DNA from: Paragordius varius
Taxonomy: Eukaryota > Animalia > Nematomorpha
Assembly (NCBI GenBank): GCA_964247055.1
Contig: OZ176054.1
Coordinates: 11,222,001-11,286,000 of the forward strand
Direction: 5' to 3'
Length of the DNA: 64,000 bases
Position numbers and translations under genes: made by a program. Shown one piece after another: positions 1 to 12,847 of the stretch. Position 1 is the stretch's first letter; each line of letters starts with the position of its first letter. The notes below the pieces were generated by a model. The model was given only the letters and a program-made list of their open reading frames with translations. It ran no database searches and had not been told where the DNA came from.

Positions 1-517
1 GTGTAATTTCATCCTCTATAACATAAATATATATGGATCAGGCTTTACATGTAATCTAAAGACACATTGAGAATAAATAGGACTCGATCTATGCATAATT
101 ATATAAAGAACATGGAAAAAGAAATAAAGTTCTCCCTTAACCGTAATTATTATCGTTCAGAGTTTGGTTTCAAAACTCTAACTTGACAAAATTGGTAAAT
201 TTATCAGTGTAAAACAATTTATATATCGACGCTGTCAAATTATTTTCTTTTAATAAAATATATGGTTGTTTTTTTAAAAAAATACAACATTTGTATAAAT
301 ATATCATCTCTATGGAAATTAAGGGTCACTTGACCATATATATAAAAGCACCCCAATTAATTAACAAACATTTAAAAGGTCATTTATCTATAAATATGGT
401 GATTTTATCTGTTCTAAAATTCCATTCAAAAATTAATAAAGCGATAATTTACTATTAAAATTATATAGTGTAATTACATGGAAAATGTTTGTTAAATATA
501 TCTAAAATTATTATTAC

Positions 518-605
518 TTTTTCGTAAGGCATTTTCACATTTATAGGGTCCCAATATACATGCAACAACAATCAATAATGTATTAATCAGATAAATTTTA
601 GCCAT
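518..605 (-). CDS. Exon 1 (signal peptide) of a second copy of the Ig-like gene; remaining exons lie left of the window
   Basis: ATG at 605 encodes [29 protein letters not shown], followed by a phase-1 GTAATA donor at 517. The peptide is identical to exon 52901-52988. Confidence 0.75.
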
Positions 606-639
606 TTTAGAAAAAAAACAAATAATGAAAAAAAATTTA

Positions 640-642
<3 letters not shown>

Positions 643-683
<41 letters not shown>
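643..683. repeat. (AT)n microsatellite just upstream of the exon-1 ATG
   Basis: Pure AT run; the matching run in copy B (~53025-53051) is shorter. Confidence 0.95.
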
Positions 684-685
<2 letters not shown>

Positions 686-1589
686 TTTTTTTATCGATAC
701 AAATCTAAAATACAAATGTACAAACTGGATATATCATCGCCCTTCGCGTATTTTTTTTTGTTAAAAACAATCAATCGAGTCTAAAAATAAGTGTAAAATT
801 TTACAATATACATAAAAAAAACTTAATTGCGCTATCAATTATTTTAAGGTGATATATTAGAAGAACAATTTTATAGGTAATAAAAATTGATTCAATTACT
901 CATTTTGTATAGTCTGAAATATTTTATCTGTAAAATAAACGATCCAATGAAATTGAGCCAGGTATATAAAACCGGATGTTTATTTGTATTTTTTTATCGT
1001 TTAAATAATAATCATAATAATAAAAATAAAAAACGAATCTTATATCAATGTAATATATTAAAAGTATTAGGCTATTAATTCAACAAGTATTGAGCTACTC
1101 AATTAAAATATTTGAAGATAATATATGGAAAATAACTATTTTTTTTGTTTAATTTATTATAACACGTTCAACTGCTTAAATGGCAGTCAGTATTTTAATA
1201 ATTATAACAAGAGTTAATTAATACTTATACTGAGAAATAATTTACCAATTAAATAGCTTCCAATAGGGCTCATATCGGTAGAAACCTTAATTATAAATTT
1301 AAAATTTGACAATTTTTACCATGTTTTTTTTACATCAAATCAAATTAGAAGAATAGAGTTTTATACTAATTATTATATAAATTTTTAACATCACTTAATA
1401 AACTGTAAAATAAAATTGGCATGGGTTTTTTTGAAATAAGTAATGACTATTGAAAAATTATATATAAAAAATTTAATTCTTGAAATAAAATTTACTATGA
1501 TCATAATTAAACATCTATTTCGCTACGTATATTAACATTAACTTGTTATTTTTTGTCAACGGAATATTACATGTTATTGAAAGAAATTA

Positions 1590-4500
1590 ATTTTATGGAC
1601 AAAAAATTTAGGCACATCATATATGAATTGATGTATCGTCTTTGTGTAATGGCTAGCCATTGTATCCGTATAGAAGCTGTCTGTAATATTTGCGATCCTG
1701 CCAGGCGTTATTATCAATGTTGGCAACACTTAAATCATTATTTATTGTTTTTCCCAGTTAAATGTTCTGCCCCTGCGATGGTTACCTTCGGGATGTAGGC
1801 ATAAAATTTTATTTGTCCATTGTTCTGGAGCACGTTTGATGTGTCCGAAATACTATTTTTTCTGAGCATAAATTTAAAGGTTCGATTTGGTACAGTGATG
1901 CAAATTTGAATTAGACTTATTGGTGTCGAATAGCTTTTCTATGTTCATAAGTTTTTTCTCGATTGAATCTGTCATCGGCCATATCTCGCTTTGTTTTTTG
2001 CTAATATGTGTTAATTTTTGAGCACAAATTTAAGTTGATGATTTTAGCCAAGCCTGTTGGGATCTATATTGAACTTACTGGTTTATTCCACCAAGTCAAT
2101 GTATGACATCGTACACGTATTTAAATTATTTACCAATTCGATTTTGGGGTATGCCATATAAAGATATTTTATTGAAGTGGGTGAGTGATTTATTGTTTTA
2201 TTTTTGCATGATTCACAAATAAATTTATCATTGTTGATTAATGTCCCTTTTATAAGCGAGGACTTTTTATGTAACCACTTATTGCATGAGGTACATAGAT
2301 TGAATTAAGTTTTACATTTAAATCACATACTCCACATGGAAACTTAGGTCGTTCCTATACAGTTTCACCCGTTATCAGCACCTTTGTTTCATTCCACCCT
2401 TTTCTAAGTGTGATTTCCAAGTGCTGTACTTTTGATTTAATTCCTCCATTGATGTTGCGGTGTGGACAATGTCGTCCGCATGATAAGTTTCCATGGTGGG
2501 CCTTGTTTTATTTCTTATGTTAGGAAATCCATTAGTAAAATGAAAAATAAAGGGCTTAGGGTGGAGCAGTGGCGAAACTACGGGAAGCTAGGGGGAGCAG
2601 TGCGGGGGGCCCAAAGCTAAAACAGGGGCCCTTTTTTATTTCTTATATTAATTTTGGCCCCCTTTTTATTTTGCGGGGGCCAAAAATTTATTATTTTTAT
2701 TTACAGATATGTAAGTAATGGTTGCCTGATTGTAAGTATACTGGCAAAGAATAAAGAGAATTATTGATTGAAGAAGAAAAAGCGAAAAATGCATTTTTTC
2801 ACTATCTCAATAAGCGGTTTTATTGTTGATAATTAATAAACAGCTTTAAATTCACCATTAAAAAGTGTAAAAAATAAATATATGAGTATAGATAATTGAC
2901 ACCAAAAATTGAGGAAAGCTTATAAATTTTCAAATCCTGAATTATTTTGTTATAAAACCTATAGTATCATAGTTTTATGAGAATTCACAAAATTTTGACA
3001 GATGTAATTTTTTTGCCTCTGTTAAATTAAAATTATTACAAATAAAATCTCATACAATATTCATATAGCGTAAAAATGTATTTTGGTTTTAATGTGGTGC
3101 GAAAGACAATTTACTTATTTTAATTTTTATGAGAGAATGAGTTCATGTAAATTTTAAATTGAGTAAGAAAGAGCAAAAAATGTATTTTTTCGACTATCCA
3201 TTACATTTTAGCCATAATGAAATTGTTTGTTCCTTTATTAATTTCTGAGAGTGTCTATAGTGAACAAAAAAAGGATTAAAAAAACATTCATTATAACAAT
3301 ATTCTCTAACAAGTAATCTCAATTTATATTTTGATTATACAATATGAAATTTAATTCAGGCCAACTCACATTAATGTCAATGCATATTACAGCAAATGAT
3401 GAGACCTTAATTTTGTTAACAATTTTCAATGCATACATCGTGAAGAAATCCATTAAATTTTACAGAAGGATTGTTATTTCATATACTTTACTGTGAAGTG
3501 AATTGGCCAATATAACTGGTATACATTAATGTTCATTATTTTATAATGTTTTTATCCTTTGATGCATGTTATTTTTAAATTAATTTTAGTTCTTAAACAT
3601 AAAATCGAACTTTTACCACACACTAAAATAGGGTTGGCAATTTTTTTCAGCGGGTCATTCTTAAAATTTAAAAATCTTGGCGGTCCGCACATTCATATTC
3701 CATTTAATTAGTACATTTATTGTTATTTATCAATTTCTATCAAAGTTAGATAAAATGAGTGGAAATTATCAATTCAGCTAAAAAATTTAATAATTAATTA
3801 TCCAAACGATTTGAGTGAATATTTTCCGATTCAAATAGTCTCAGTTTCTAATTCGCTTAAGCATGAGATCGCTCAAATTAACAATGCCAGGCAATTTTTA
3901 GAGCTATTAATTATTAATTACTCAACAGCTTCAGCCAGTTGTGATGAAGTTATAACAGCATTATTATTGTTTTAGACTTTACCAGTTACGGTTGCTACAG
4001 CGGAACGTTCATTCTCAAAGTTAAAAATAATTAATTATATTAGAAGCACGATGGCTGAAAAAAGGTTGAACAAATCGTTACCAGCAATTGAAGCGGAGAA
4101 ATGGATATGATATAATTAGAAAATTTGCTAACGCAATATCGAGAAGAAGAAATTTTAAAACATCATCTTTTGATTAATACATGCTCTTAATAGGTTATTT
4201 AATTATTTTAAACTTTAAAAATGAACTTTAAGACTGAGGAATTGGCGGTGAGCGGGTGGGTACTAGCCATCATAATTCCAGGAACGCAAAACCTTTAGAC
4301 TCAGGATGCCAAGAATGTAAATATTATCATTTTTTAATATTATATATCTTTACAAATCTAAGTGATACGCCAGGTGAAAAGATAATTGCAAACGATTTTG
4401 GGGGAAGGGGGGCAGTATTAAACATTGCGGGGGAAGGGGGGGGGGCACAATTTATAGTTCCGTCACTGGAATGGAGCCTTGATACCAGATTCGTTTGGAA

Positions 4501-5760
4501 CAAAAGTTGTGTTGCCTAGTGTTAATCTGACGCAATTTGTTGTTTTGTAATACATCATTTCTATAGATTTGATTATCCAGTCATCTACGTTGTTGTATCG
4601 TAGTGTGGATATGATTAACTTCCTGGGGATAAAATCAAAAACCGTTTGAAAATCAAGATTTCGCTAAATAATTTTCTTGCAATCTTCTCAAATTAAAGAT
4701 TGCATCAATTGTGGTACTGGTAGGTTTATTGGGATATTACAATTCCTGTATGTTGCTGATTCAGAGTTGATTCAATAATGGATTCAAAATTTTTTAACGG
4801 GGGCTCCAACAACTTTAGTGGTCTGTAGGAGGAACAAACGAGTATGTCTCCTTTGTTTTTAAAATGGGTATGGTGGTGCTTGACCAATCATTAGGGATGC
4901 GATTTGACAAGATTAGATTAATTATAATAGTTAAGGAAGGCATTGGGGTAAAGCTTTAATCATGTCGGAGCTAAGTTCAGATGGACCAGTTGCTTTGTTA
5001 TTTCTTATCTTGGCCAGGGCATCTCTTACATAGTCTGTTGTTATCAATGATCGGGGACCGATTGCTGGTGGTTGGTTTATTTTTTCAAAATCAAGTATTT
5101 GTGCGAATTGTTCTTGGTAATATGTGGTCCAGACATTGCTTATGTCTCTCCAATCAGTTGCTAGATGTTTGTGTTTATCTTTAATATAGAAATTTGTTTT
5201 CTTTTTTATTTTTGTTAACTGAATTTATTGTTCTGAAAATCTTAAGATTTTTCATGTCTTGTTCTAGTTTTTGAGCTAAATCCAAAGCTTTTTTGTTCGC
5301 TGAAATATTGAAGGTTCGTTGTAAATTTTTATTTGATTTGATATATGATAAGTTTCTTTTATCTTTTGTAGTTATTGCTTTTTATGACTAAAGGTTTTAC
5401 CAAATTTGATTGTTGCTTTCTCCTGTATATTTTCTTTCTGCCACAAAAATTAAGCAGTTTGGATAATGCTGTTTTTAAAATTATCACAAGCTTGTTGAGA
5501 TGTTTTAGAGACTGAACGTTGCATTAACAGTTTTTAAGAGTTGAAGTTTAAGATCAGGAAGGTGTAGCTTTTATAAATTTATTCTGGGTTTCTGGTTACT
5601 ATGGTAATAGGATTTGTTTATTGTTATTATTGCTACAATCAATTTATGTTGTGTATCAGTGAGATATGTTTTGGAATCTTTGATGAATTTTTCATCTTGT
5701 ATAGGTGTTAAAATTTTATCTACCACTTGTGTAAGGTATAAATTTTAACATGGTCATATA
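1590..5760 (-). mobile_element. Degenerate, 5'-truncated RTE-clade non-LTR retrotransposon, interrupted by a hAT element; boundaries approximate
   Basis: Minus-strand remnants: VRDALAKIRNNKATGPSEL; IPNDWSSTTIPIxKNKGD..SYRPLKLL; TLSPLFFILLMD..YHADDIV; and the C-terminal YFGHIKRAPEQWTNKILCLHPEGNHRRGR, which is typical of RTE ORF ends. Many stops and frameshifts. Confidence 0.85.
2567..4468 (+). mobile_element. Non-autonomous hAT-superfamily DNA transposon inserted in the LINE
   Basis: TIRs CAGTGGCGAAACTA / revcomp CAGTGACGGAACTA. Flanks GGGTGGAG / GAATGGAG form a 6/8 TSD. A C-terminal dimerization-domain remnant TLPVTVATAERSFSKLKIINYIRSTM lies at ~3975-4055. Confidence 0.88.
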
Positions 5761-7114
5761 ACTATTTAAACCATTTATTTATTTTTTCTTACATAATAAT
5801 TTTTTATAACAAAACAGCACATCCAATATCGGGGTATATAGTATTTAAACACGCAACCAATACATCCCACCTCTGATAAGATTATAATCCAACAGATTTT
5901 CGATGGGTCCTACAATATAAATATATTTATAATTATTTTGTATATGAAAAAATAATAAACACATGTAATTTTAAATTTTACTTCAAAATAAATGAATGAA
6001 AATTAATTAATATTAAATAATAATAATCAATAAACTGTTTTTTCTGATTAGGTAGCTATAATATAAAGATAAAAATATGAATGAAACTGGTTTTTGATAA
6101 TTTGGATAAAATATATATCTAGCCTATTCTTCACCCTTAAAATTAAACTTAAATCAACACGTAACAAAACTCCATTAGATGGTTAACATAATTTCGAATT
6201 ATTTGAAAAATACCAATGACGGCAACGACTGGACACTTGTCATAAATATAATCCATACATGTATCTTTCACATCTTGTGCGGTAACATCCTAAAATAATG
6301 TATTTATCACCCTGAATTATTTTATAACTTAATAATTGCAATTAATAAAATAAGATTTTAATGATTGCGCTATTGTATTTCTGGACCTTATATTAAAAAT
6401 ATATGCATATATTAAATTCTTCAAGTATAATATGTGTGTGAATTTAGTAATTAATAGGGGTTTAAAGCAATTTCGCGTTAAAAACTAAGAAACTGAAATT
6501 TATAGTTTTTCTCAACGTTGATATTGTAAAGGCAACTGAAAATTATGTTTAAAAAAATTAAATCGCAAGTCTAATGTCTAATTTTTCCAAAATTTAATTA
6601 GATATAGTTTGAAGTAAATACTTTTCATTGCAAAGCAAAAAAAATGTACTAAATTTTACATTTATTCTGGCTTCCATTTCATAGAAGGGAATACGGCGTC
6701 CATAACATAGCATATGTCTATAATTAATGAAAAAAAAGATATATTATAATTGAAATTTAAAATATATATAAAGGATCATTCTCGAGAGTTTAAATATTTA
6801 ACTATATTGGATAAAAATTATTTAAGCATTTTACTTCAATAATTAAAGAAAAAATTACATTACATAAAAATGTGCTTTAAAAATTTATTCAAAATTCTTC
6901 CCTTTAATATTAAAATCAACTTTAAGAAATTCAAATAAAAATCTGAAAATAAACATAAATACTAGTTGAATCTTATAAATTAATTAAAAAAAGTTTTTAT
7001 ATAAATCAAGATTTTAGAATCACACTAGTATGTTTTATTTAGCTATGAAATACGTAAGTTTAGGCGATATTTAAAACCGAAATAATGCAAAAAATACGAA
7101 ATACGTGGTATATC

Positions 7115-10020
7115 TAAGGTGACCAGATTTTTTGAAGGAAAAAGCGGGACAAATCTGAGAAAGGGGGGAAGGCTTGGGGGGGTACAACCAAAAATTTTTA
7201 TAAAAAAATTATTGTTTATTTATTTTTAACACAAATCTCCATATTTATAAAAATGGAAAATGCTGGCTTTGTGATCTGTTTCCGGAAACCCGGTAGACCC
7301 ATTCAAATCCAAATGTCGAAAAAATATAATCATTAATAAAAGCCACGACAATAGCTTTGCCCTTTTTTGAGTTAGGCCCCCAGTTCGGGCCCACCCCGTG
7401 TAAAAAACGGTTTTTTTGTAAACAGAAGTCCACAAAAATCGTGTCATTGAGATTTACCAACCGGAGAACGTGTTGGACAATTCAATTTGAAATATGATTT
7501 TTGTTTACTTATTTTCGATTGCGCCGAACATAATCGGCTCGCTTAATTTAGGACCTCTTTTTACCCGCTCCCCCCGTAAAATGCCATTTTTTTAAAAAAC
7601 AAAGTCCACAAAAATAATTTTTTGAATCTATTTTTCCCCCAATAAACAATATATTAGTATGAATGCACCGTTTTAAAATTCCTATGAGATCATATCTATT
7701 AATTAATGTTTCGAAATAATCCACATATGTAGATCCTTTTATTGTCCCTTTATCAAATAGCGCCCCCTCCCCCCAGAAATCCGAAGGACTTCCTCGGGCT
7801 GCGTAGCAGCACCAGATTTACGCTAGTACATTATAAATATAAAAAAATAATTTATTCCTTGGTATATTTTTTATTTGAGTGAATGCGTTTTAGCAGATTG
7901 TCATCTTTAAAATATTGTAGAAGTCTTCACAAGAATTCGTCAAATTATATTTGATAGATAAAATGGCCATTAAAGTTTCATTATATAAATTTGATTTTTC
8001 CGATGTCCACACCTAATTTACTGTGGAAGAAACGCGCTCAGTAGCAGCGTTTGTTCCAGGTAAAGATAGTGCAAATTCCACAATTATTAAAACATTATTG
8101 TATGGAACATAGTTTGTTTCAAAATGATGAAATATCTAACCATTTCTTTTCTACTGTATTTTTTTCTGTTGTCCACAATTTAAATTTTTCATTATAAATA
8201 TATTTTTTAGCTAATGATACTCAAAAAAAGATTATTTTCTGAAAGATTACTTTTTGGGAATTTTGGGGAGATGCAGATGTAATCAATGATTTTTGAACAT
8301 CGCACCAATTGAATTGTGGTTTGAATGTTATCCAATGAAAATGATCAATTTCATTGAATTGCACCGTCCAGTCTTCCAAATAATCTTTACAGTTTGTATA
8401 AAACATTTTTATATGGTACAGGATATCTTGTCGATTTATTAAGCCTTGTTTTATTATATATAATATTGCGGACGATTAATGGTATAAAATTATTTTCTAA
8501 CCTTTCGTGACATTGAAATTTTAGGTTATTAACTTCATTGGTACTTCGATTGCCGAAATTACCATCTATCAATTTAATAACATTTTAAAAGAGAGAAGCT
8601 TGATTATGTAGGAACTCTAACCATATTTGAAGAATCACTTTCAAAAAACTTTTCCAAAGTTTTAGGACATTTGTGATAAAAAATTGGAATAGGAATACAT
8701 TTTTAAAATTCTTTCGATAGCTAGCACAAGAGCTAACCAACGAGTTTCACAATATCCAAGCATTTTTTATATTGAACTTCTGCATTTTCACATAATTCCT
8801 TAAGCGTTACGCGTACCATGTATATAAAAACATAGGAATGTATTTTAACAACTACATTTTCCACATCTAGGGGTAACAAATCAGCAGCTGTTTGAATAGC
8901 GTTGTGTATTATGTGCGCTGCATACCCAACGCCAATAAAGTTTTGATGAAAGCTATTCATGAAAAATATTTTTTGGCCCCCTTTTTGCTTTTCCACCGAA
9001 GTTCGTATTGGTGTTGTCAGCGCAATATGCGATGATTTTGTCTTATTATTTTTTTCTAGAATATTGATTATTGAAGTAAAAATTATGACGGAATTTTCAC
9101 CGGATAGAGAAATAAAATTTAAAATTTCTGGATTAAAATTATTTATTAAACTGGGAAATAATTTTGTTTCCTTGTGATTTGATCCATCAGAGTAAAGCGG
9201 TATGAAATTAATTTTCAGCAAATTTTTTTGGTTTCAGAAAATGTGGTGAAATGATATTGCATAAAATGGATTCAGCCTTTGTACGGGCGCATGTAAATTT
9301 TTTATTGGATATGGTACGAATAACCTGTGAGGTACAATCTCTAGATCTATGGGAATGATTGTGATTAACGGCGTGAAAAGATAAAACGCCTTCGGCTAGT
9401 GCCAAATTCTTTTCTTCCTCTCCAGAAGCGGTTTTATATAAACGCTCATTTTGTAAGATGATTTGCCATATCTAAACATTTTTTTCTGTGTTTCCATATG
9501 CTTTGTAATATCATGCTTGCCGCCATGTGCTAGGGTGAATTCCCCCTAAAGAACATTTAAGAATTCCTCGTTTTTTTGATAAAAGGAAATTCTTTCATTA
9601 ATTTATCGTTAAATTTACAACCACTTTTTGTACTCATATTTTTAAACTAATATTAGTATAAAAAATATTATATTACCTTGATTTTCTGGAGTAAAAGTAT
9701 AAGCCACCGATTTATGGTATTAATTTGTCTTTTTGATGGTGTTGGCAGGTAATATAATTAAAATATTAGTATAAAAAATATTTTGTTACCTTATTTTTTT
9801 GAAGTAAACGTATAAGCTACCCATTTGTGGTATTAATATGTCTAAAATTGATATAGATTTTAAAACTAACTAATGATAAAAAATTTAAACGGATTAAAAA
9901 ATAAATTTTTTATAAAAAATTTAAAATTTTTTTTTATATAATCGTGAAAAAACGGGACATTTAAAAAGTGTAGCGGGACGCGAGACAAAGTGTGAAAAAG
10001 CGGGACTTCTGGTCACCCTA
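7115..10020 (-). mobile_element. hAT-superfamily DNA transposon (2.9 kb) with disrupted transposase
   Basis: TIRs TAAGGTGACCAGA / TAGGGTGACCAGA, perfect 8-bp TSD GGTATATC on both sides, and subterminal GCGGGAC repeats. Confidence 0.93.
7870..9405 (-). pseudogene. hAT transposase pseudogene (frameshifted)
   Basis: Fragments KFTCARTKAESILCNIISP, LYSDGSNHKETKLFP, VGYAAHIIHNAIQTAAD (CxxH-equivalent region) and FALSLPGTNAATERVSS (dimerization-domain-like), spread over several frames. Confidence 0.82.
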
Positions 10021-10278
10021 GGTATATCTCAATTAATAAACCAGCATTGGAAAACAGCCTAATACTTTTAAACAATATTTCATACATTAGAATAATTAAA
10101 ATTTTTAATCAAAAAAATGTTTCGTAACTTATTTCCCAATATCTTCACATATAGGGGTCGATCCATTTAATTGTAAAAGCATGTTTGTTTTCAACAAATT
10201 TTTGACTCTTTCAACCTCAAAATCGGTAATTAATGTACAAAGTCGCACCCTATATATATATATATTTTTTGATTGTTG

Positions 10279-10419
10279 CTTATTTCACATTATAGTTGGG
10301 CAATTTGCAACACAGTAGTGCATGGAAAAAACAACAAAATGTTGACTAAACAATTTCATCCTCTCTTTTTTTCATACACTACTGTGTTGCGAATTGCCCA
10401 ATGTATAGTGTGAAATAAG
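10279..10419. mobile_element. Small foldback/MITE-like hairpin (copy B at 62595-62734)
   Basis: ~42-bp inverted arms: CTTATTTCACATTATAGTTGGGCAATTTGCAACACAGTAGTG versus CACTACTGTGTTGCGAATTGCCCAATGTATAGTGTGAAATAAG. Confidence 0.75.
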
Positions 10420-10879
10420 AAACCATTAAAATTCACACTGTATATGTAAAAACAATTTTTATATTAATTTAAATGGATGCGCGTGTGTTATCGAACACAA
10501 TGATATTAATAATCATTTTGAACGAAAAAAACGCGCAAAATTTTGTATATTTGAAATACATGTGATATATAAAGCCCCGTTGAAATCAATATATATTTAT
10601 GCATATATATATATATATATGCATATGATGTTAATATTATTTGTTAGATTTTTTTAGACACCATGTTGGAGATAAATGGAATTTTAAAATTAATATTGTG
10701 TTTGAAAAGGTTATTTATATTGTTTAAAATAAGCCATAATATTATAAACTTTACTGGAAAACAATAATATACAGTAAAAAATAAAAATTTAAGGCTAAAT
10801 TAAAAAACAGTCAGCTAACTCTTTGGCAAAAAATCAGTCGTTTACTTAAATTAAGGGCTTACACAGTAATTATTTCCTT

Positions 10880-11420
10880 CTGATGTTTTAATGAAACAAA
10901 TTAAACCTTTATATGAGGATCGAAATTTAAATGGGTCACTTTTTATAACGGCACTTATTGAATCATTTGCCTTGACTAAAAAGCGCCATTGATTGGAGAT
11001 TATGCTAAACTTAGAGGGTAGGCGTACTATATTATGGTCCCATATTTAAACAACTTCGGCTTTTTGGAAGTTTACGGGATTAGGTATCTTTAGAAGGGCT
11101 ATCAAAAAATCATCAATACTGTATATATAATTGGATAGAAATGGACCATATTCCCGATATGTAATAACATTATTTTAATAATTACTTTGAAAAGTAATAT
11201 GTGAGATTTGTAAAATAATATAGTTAGCTGGAGAGTTTTGATTAGTAATATCTAATTAATCCGATAGTCTTTGAAATACACGCATTTTAATGTATGTTCA
11301 GTAATTATATTGCCAGTCAAATAACATAAATGGTTTATCCAATGCGTAAAATACTGACCCACGAAATTATTTCGTAGTACACATATGAAAGAGGATTGAC
11401 GTGAGAATTAACATAGGCTT
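10880..11420 (-). pseudogene. Possible decayed protein-coding segment of unknown family
   Basis: One minus frame reads MLILTSILFHMCTTK*FRGSVFYALDKPFMLFDWQYNY*...GPFLSNYIYSIDDFLIALLKIPNPVNFQKAEVV*IWDHNIVRLPSKFS... with only ~5 stops in ~180 codons. It is less AT-rich than its flanks. Confidence 0.3.
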
Positions 11421-11769
11421 TAATTTGATGGATATTTTGTAATATTAAATTTTGAGAATATTATAGCAATTTATGTTAACATTTGTAATATTGTTGTTAC
11501 GTATTTAGATGCGGAATTTTGTGGGTTTTTATCTTTGATAAATTAATAAATAGTAAAATACGTATTTTAAGATTTTTTATGTTAATTATTCCTAAAAATA
11601 ATAAATATTTTTCAACATGCTAAATACCTGTATTAATATTGGTATTATAATTTTATATGTTATTACTAATTAAAAAAACACAAGTAAATATATATTTGTG
11701 AAAATTTAAGTAGATTTTAGATTTTTGTCTTTTATGTTTTGCATTGTTAATTATTAATAATGTATTTCA

Positions 11770-12660
11770 ATTTTAATCAGGTAAAAATTCGGTTTTTAAA
11801 TTTAGTCAAAATTAGTTTTTTTTGTTTTTATGTAACATTGTTAGTTGTAATCAATTACTACATATTTTGGACATTTTAATAAATACAGGTAAAAATTGCG
11901 GTTAATTTAGTCAAAATTTATTTTTTTGTTTTTTATGTAACATTGTTAGTTATAATCAATTACTACATATTTTGGAGATTTTAATAAATACAGGTAAAAA
12001 GTGCGGTTTTTAATTAATTTAGTAAAAATTTAGTTTTTTTATGTTTAGGTTTTGCATTGTTAATTGTAATTAATTACTACATATTTTGGACATTATAATA
12101 AATACAGGTAAAAATTGCGGTTTTTAACAAATTTAGTAAAAATTTAGTTTTTTTTTGTTTTTAGGTTTTGCATTTTTAATTGTAATTTACTACATATTTT
12201 GGACATTTTGATTAATAAAGGTAAAAAATGAGGTTGTTTTTATTGTTAGCAAAAATTTAATTTTTTCTTGTTTTTTTATTTAATATTGTTAATTGTAATT
12301 AATTACTACTTATTTGGAAATTTTAATAAATACAGGTGAAAATGGCGGTTTTTAACAAACTTCAAATGTAACATTTTTTGTATTTTGTATCATTGTTATT
12401 TAATTAATTACTAAATATTTTGGACATTTTAAAAACTGGTGTAAATTGCGGTTTTTAATAAATTAGTAAAATTTTAAATTTTTTATTCAACCTTGCTAAT
12501 TTATTTATCACTATATATATGTGAAACATTGATATATACAGGTAGAATTACTATGATTTGCGGTTTTTAAATTTTTTAAACATTATTTTGTTTTACATTG
12601 ATAACTAATATAATAAATATAGTTAACATATCTGAGCAGGTAAAAATGCATGTTACGGTT
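11770..12660. repeat. Diverged minisatellite, ~110-bp unit, about 9 copies
   Basis: Recurrent AATACAGGTAAAAATTGCGG...AATTACTACATATTTTGGA motif at ~105-120-bp spacing, decaying toward the right. Confidence 0.88.
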
Positions 12661-12847
12661 TTATGTTTGATATTTTATTTTCCAAATCAACTATTTATAT
12701 TTTAACAAACACCTTATGTCACCAAAGATTGAAAATAAGATCAAGATATATAAAACATCTTTTAAGGTTTTGAGTATCGCCAAATATAAATAAATTTATT
12801 TGAATTATAAATGTATAATTATACAAAATATTCATAATATTATGTTT

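Larger units (their letters stand above)
1..11678. repeat. Segmental/tandem duplication, copy A (left end runs off the window)
   Basis: Position 1 (GTGTAATTTCATCCTC) matches 52384, and 11639-11678 matches 63961-64000. The same TE insertions, TSDs and ORFs occur in both copies, with scattered substitutions and small indels. Confidence 0.97.

Noticed and set aside
1553-1798. Plus-strand ORFs 1553-1798, 4981-5184, 14691-14882, 8959-9177, 33634-33918 and their duplicates
   Set aside because: They are antisense shadows of LINE, PLE, transposase or exon sequence on the other strand.
4256-4519. 87-aa ORF (and its copy at 56621-56878) as a gene
   Set aside because: It runs across the GC-rich hAT subterminal region, the TIR and into antisense LINE sequence, so it is a junction artefact.
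10880-11420. Alternative (ciliate-type) genetic code suggested by in-frame TAA codons and 25-nt introns
   Set aside because: The 694-aa PLE ORF and all modelled exons are free of in-frame TAA/TAG and use CAA/CAG for Gln. One of the stops here is TGA, so ordinary decay is the simpler explanation.
11770-12660. ~110-bp periodic array as CRISPR or a coding repeat
   Set aside because: The whole unit is homologous between copies, with no repeat/spacer alternation, and no frame stays open.
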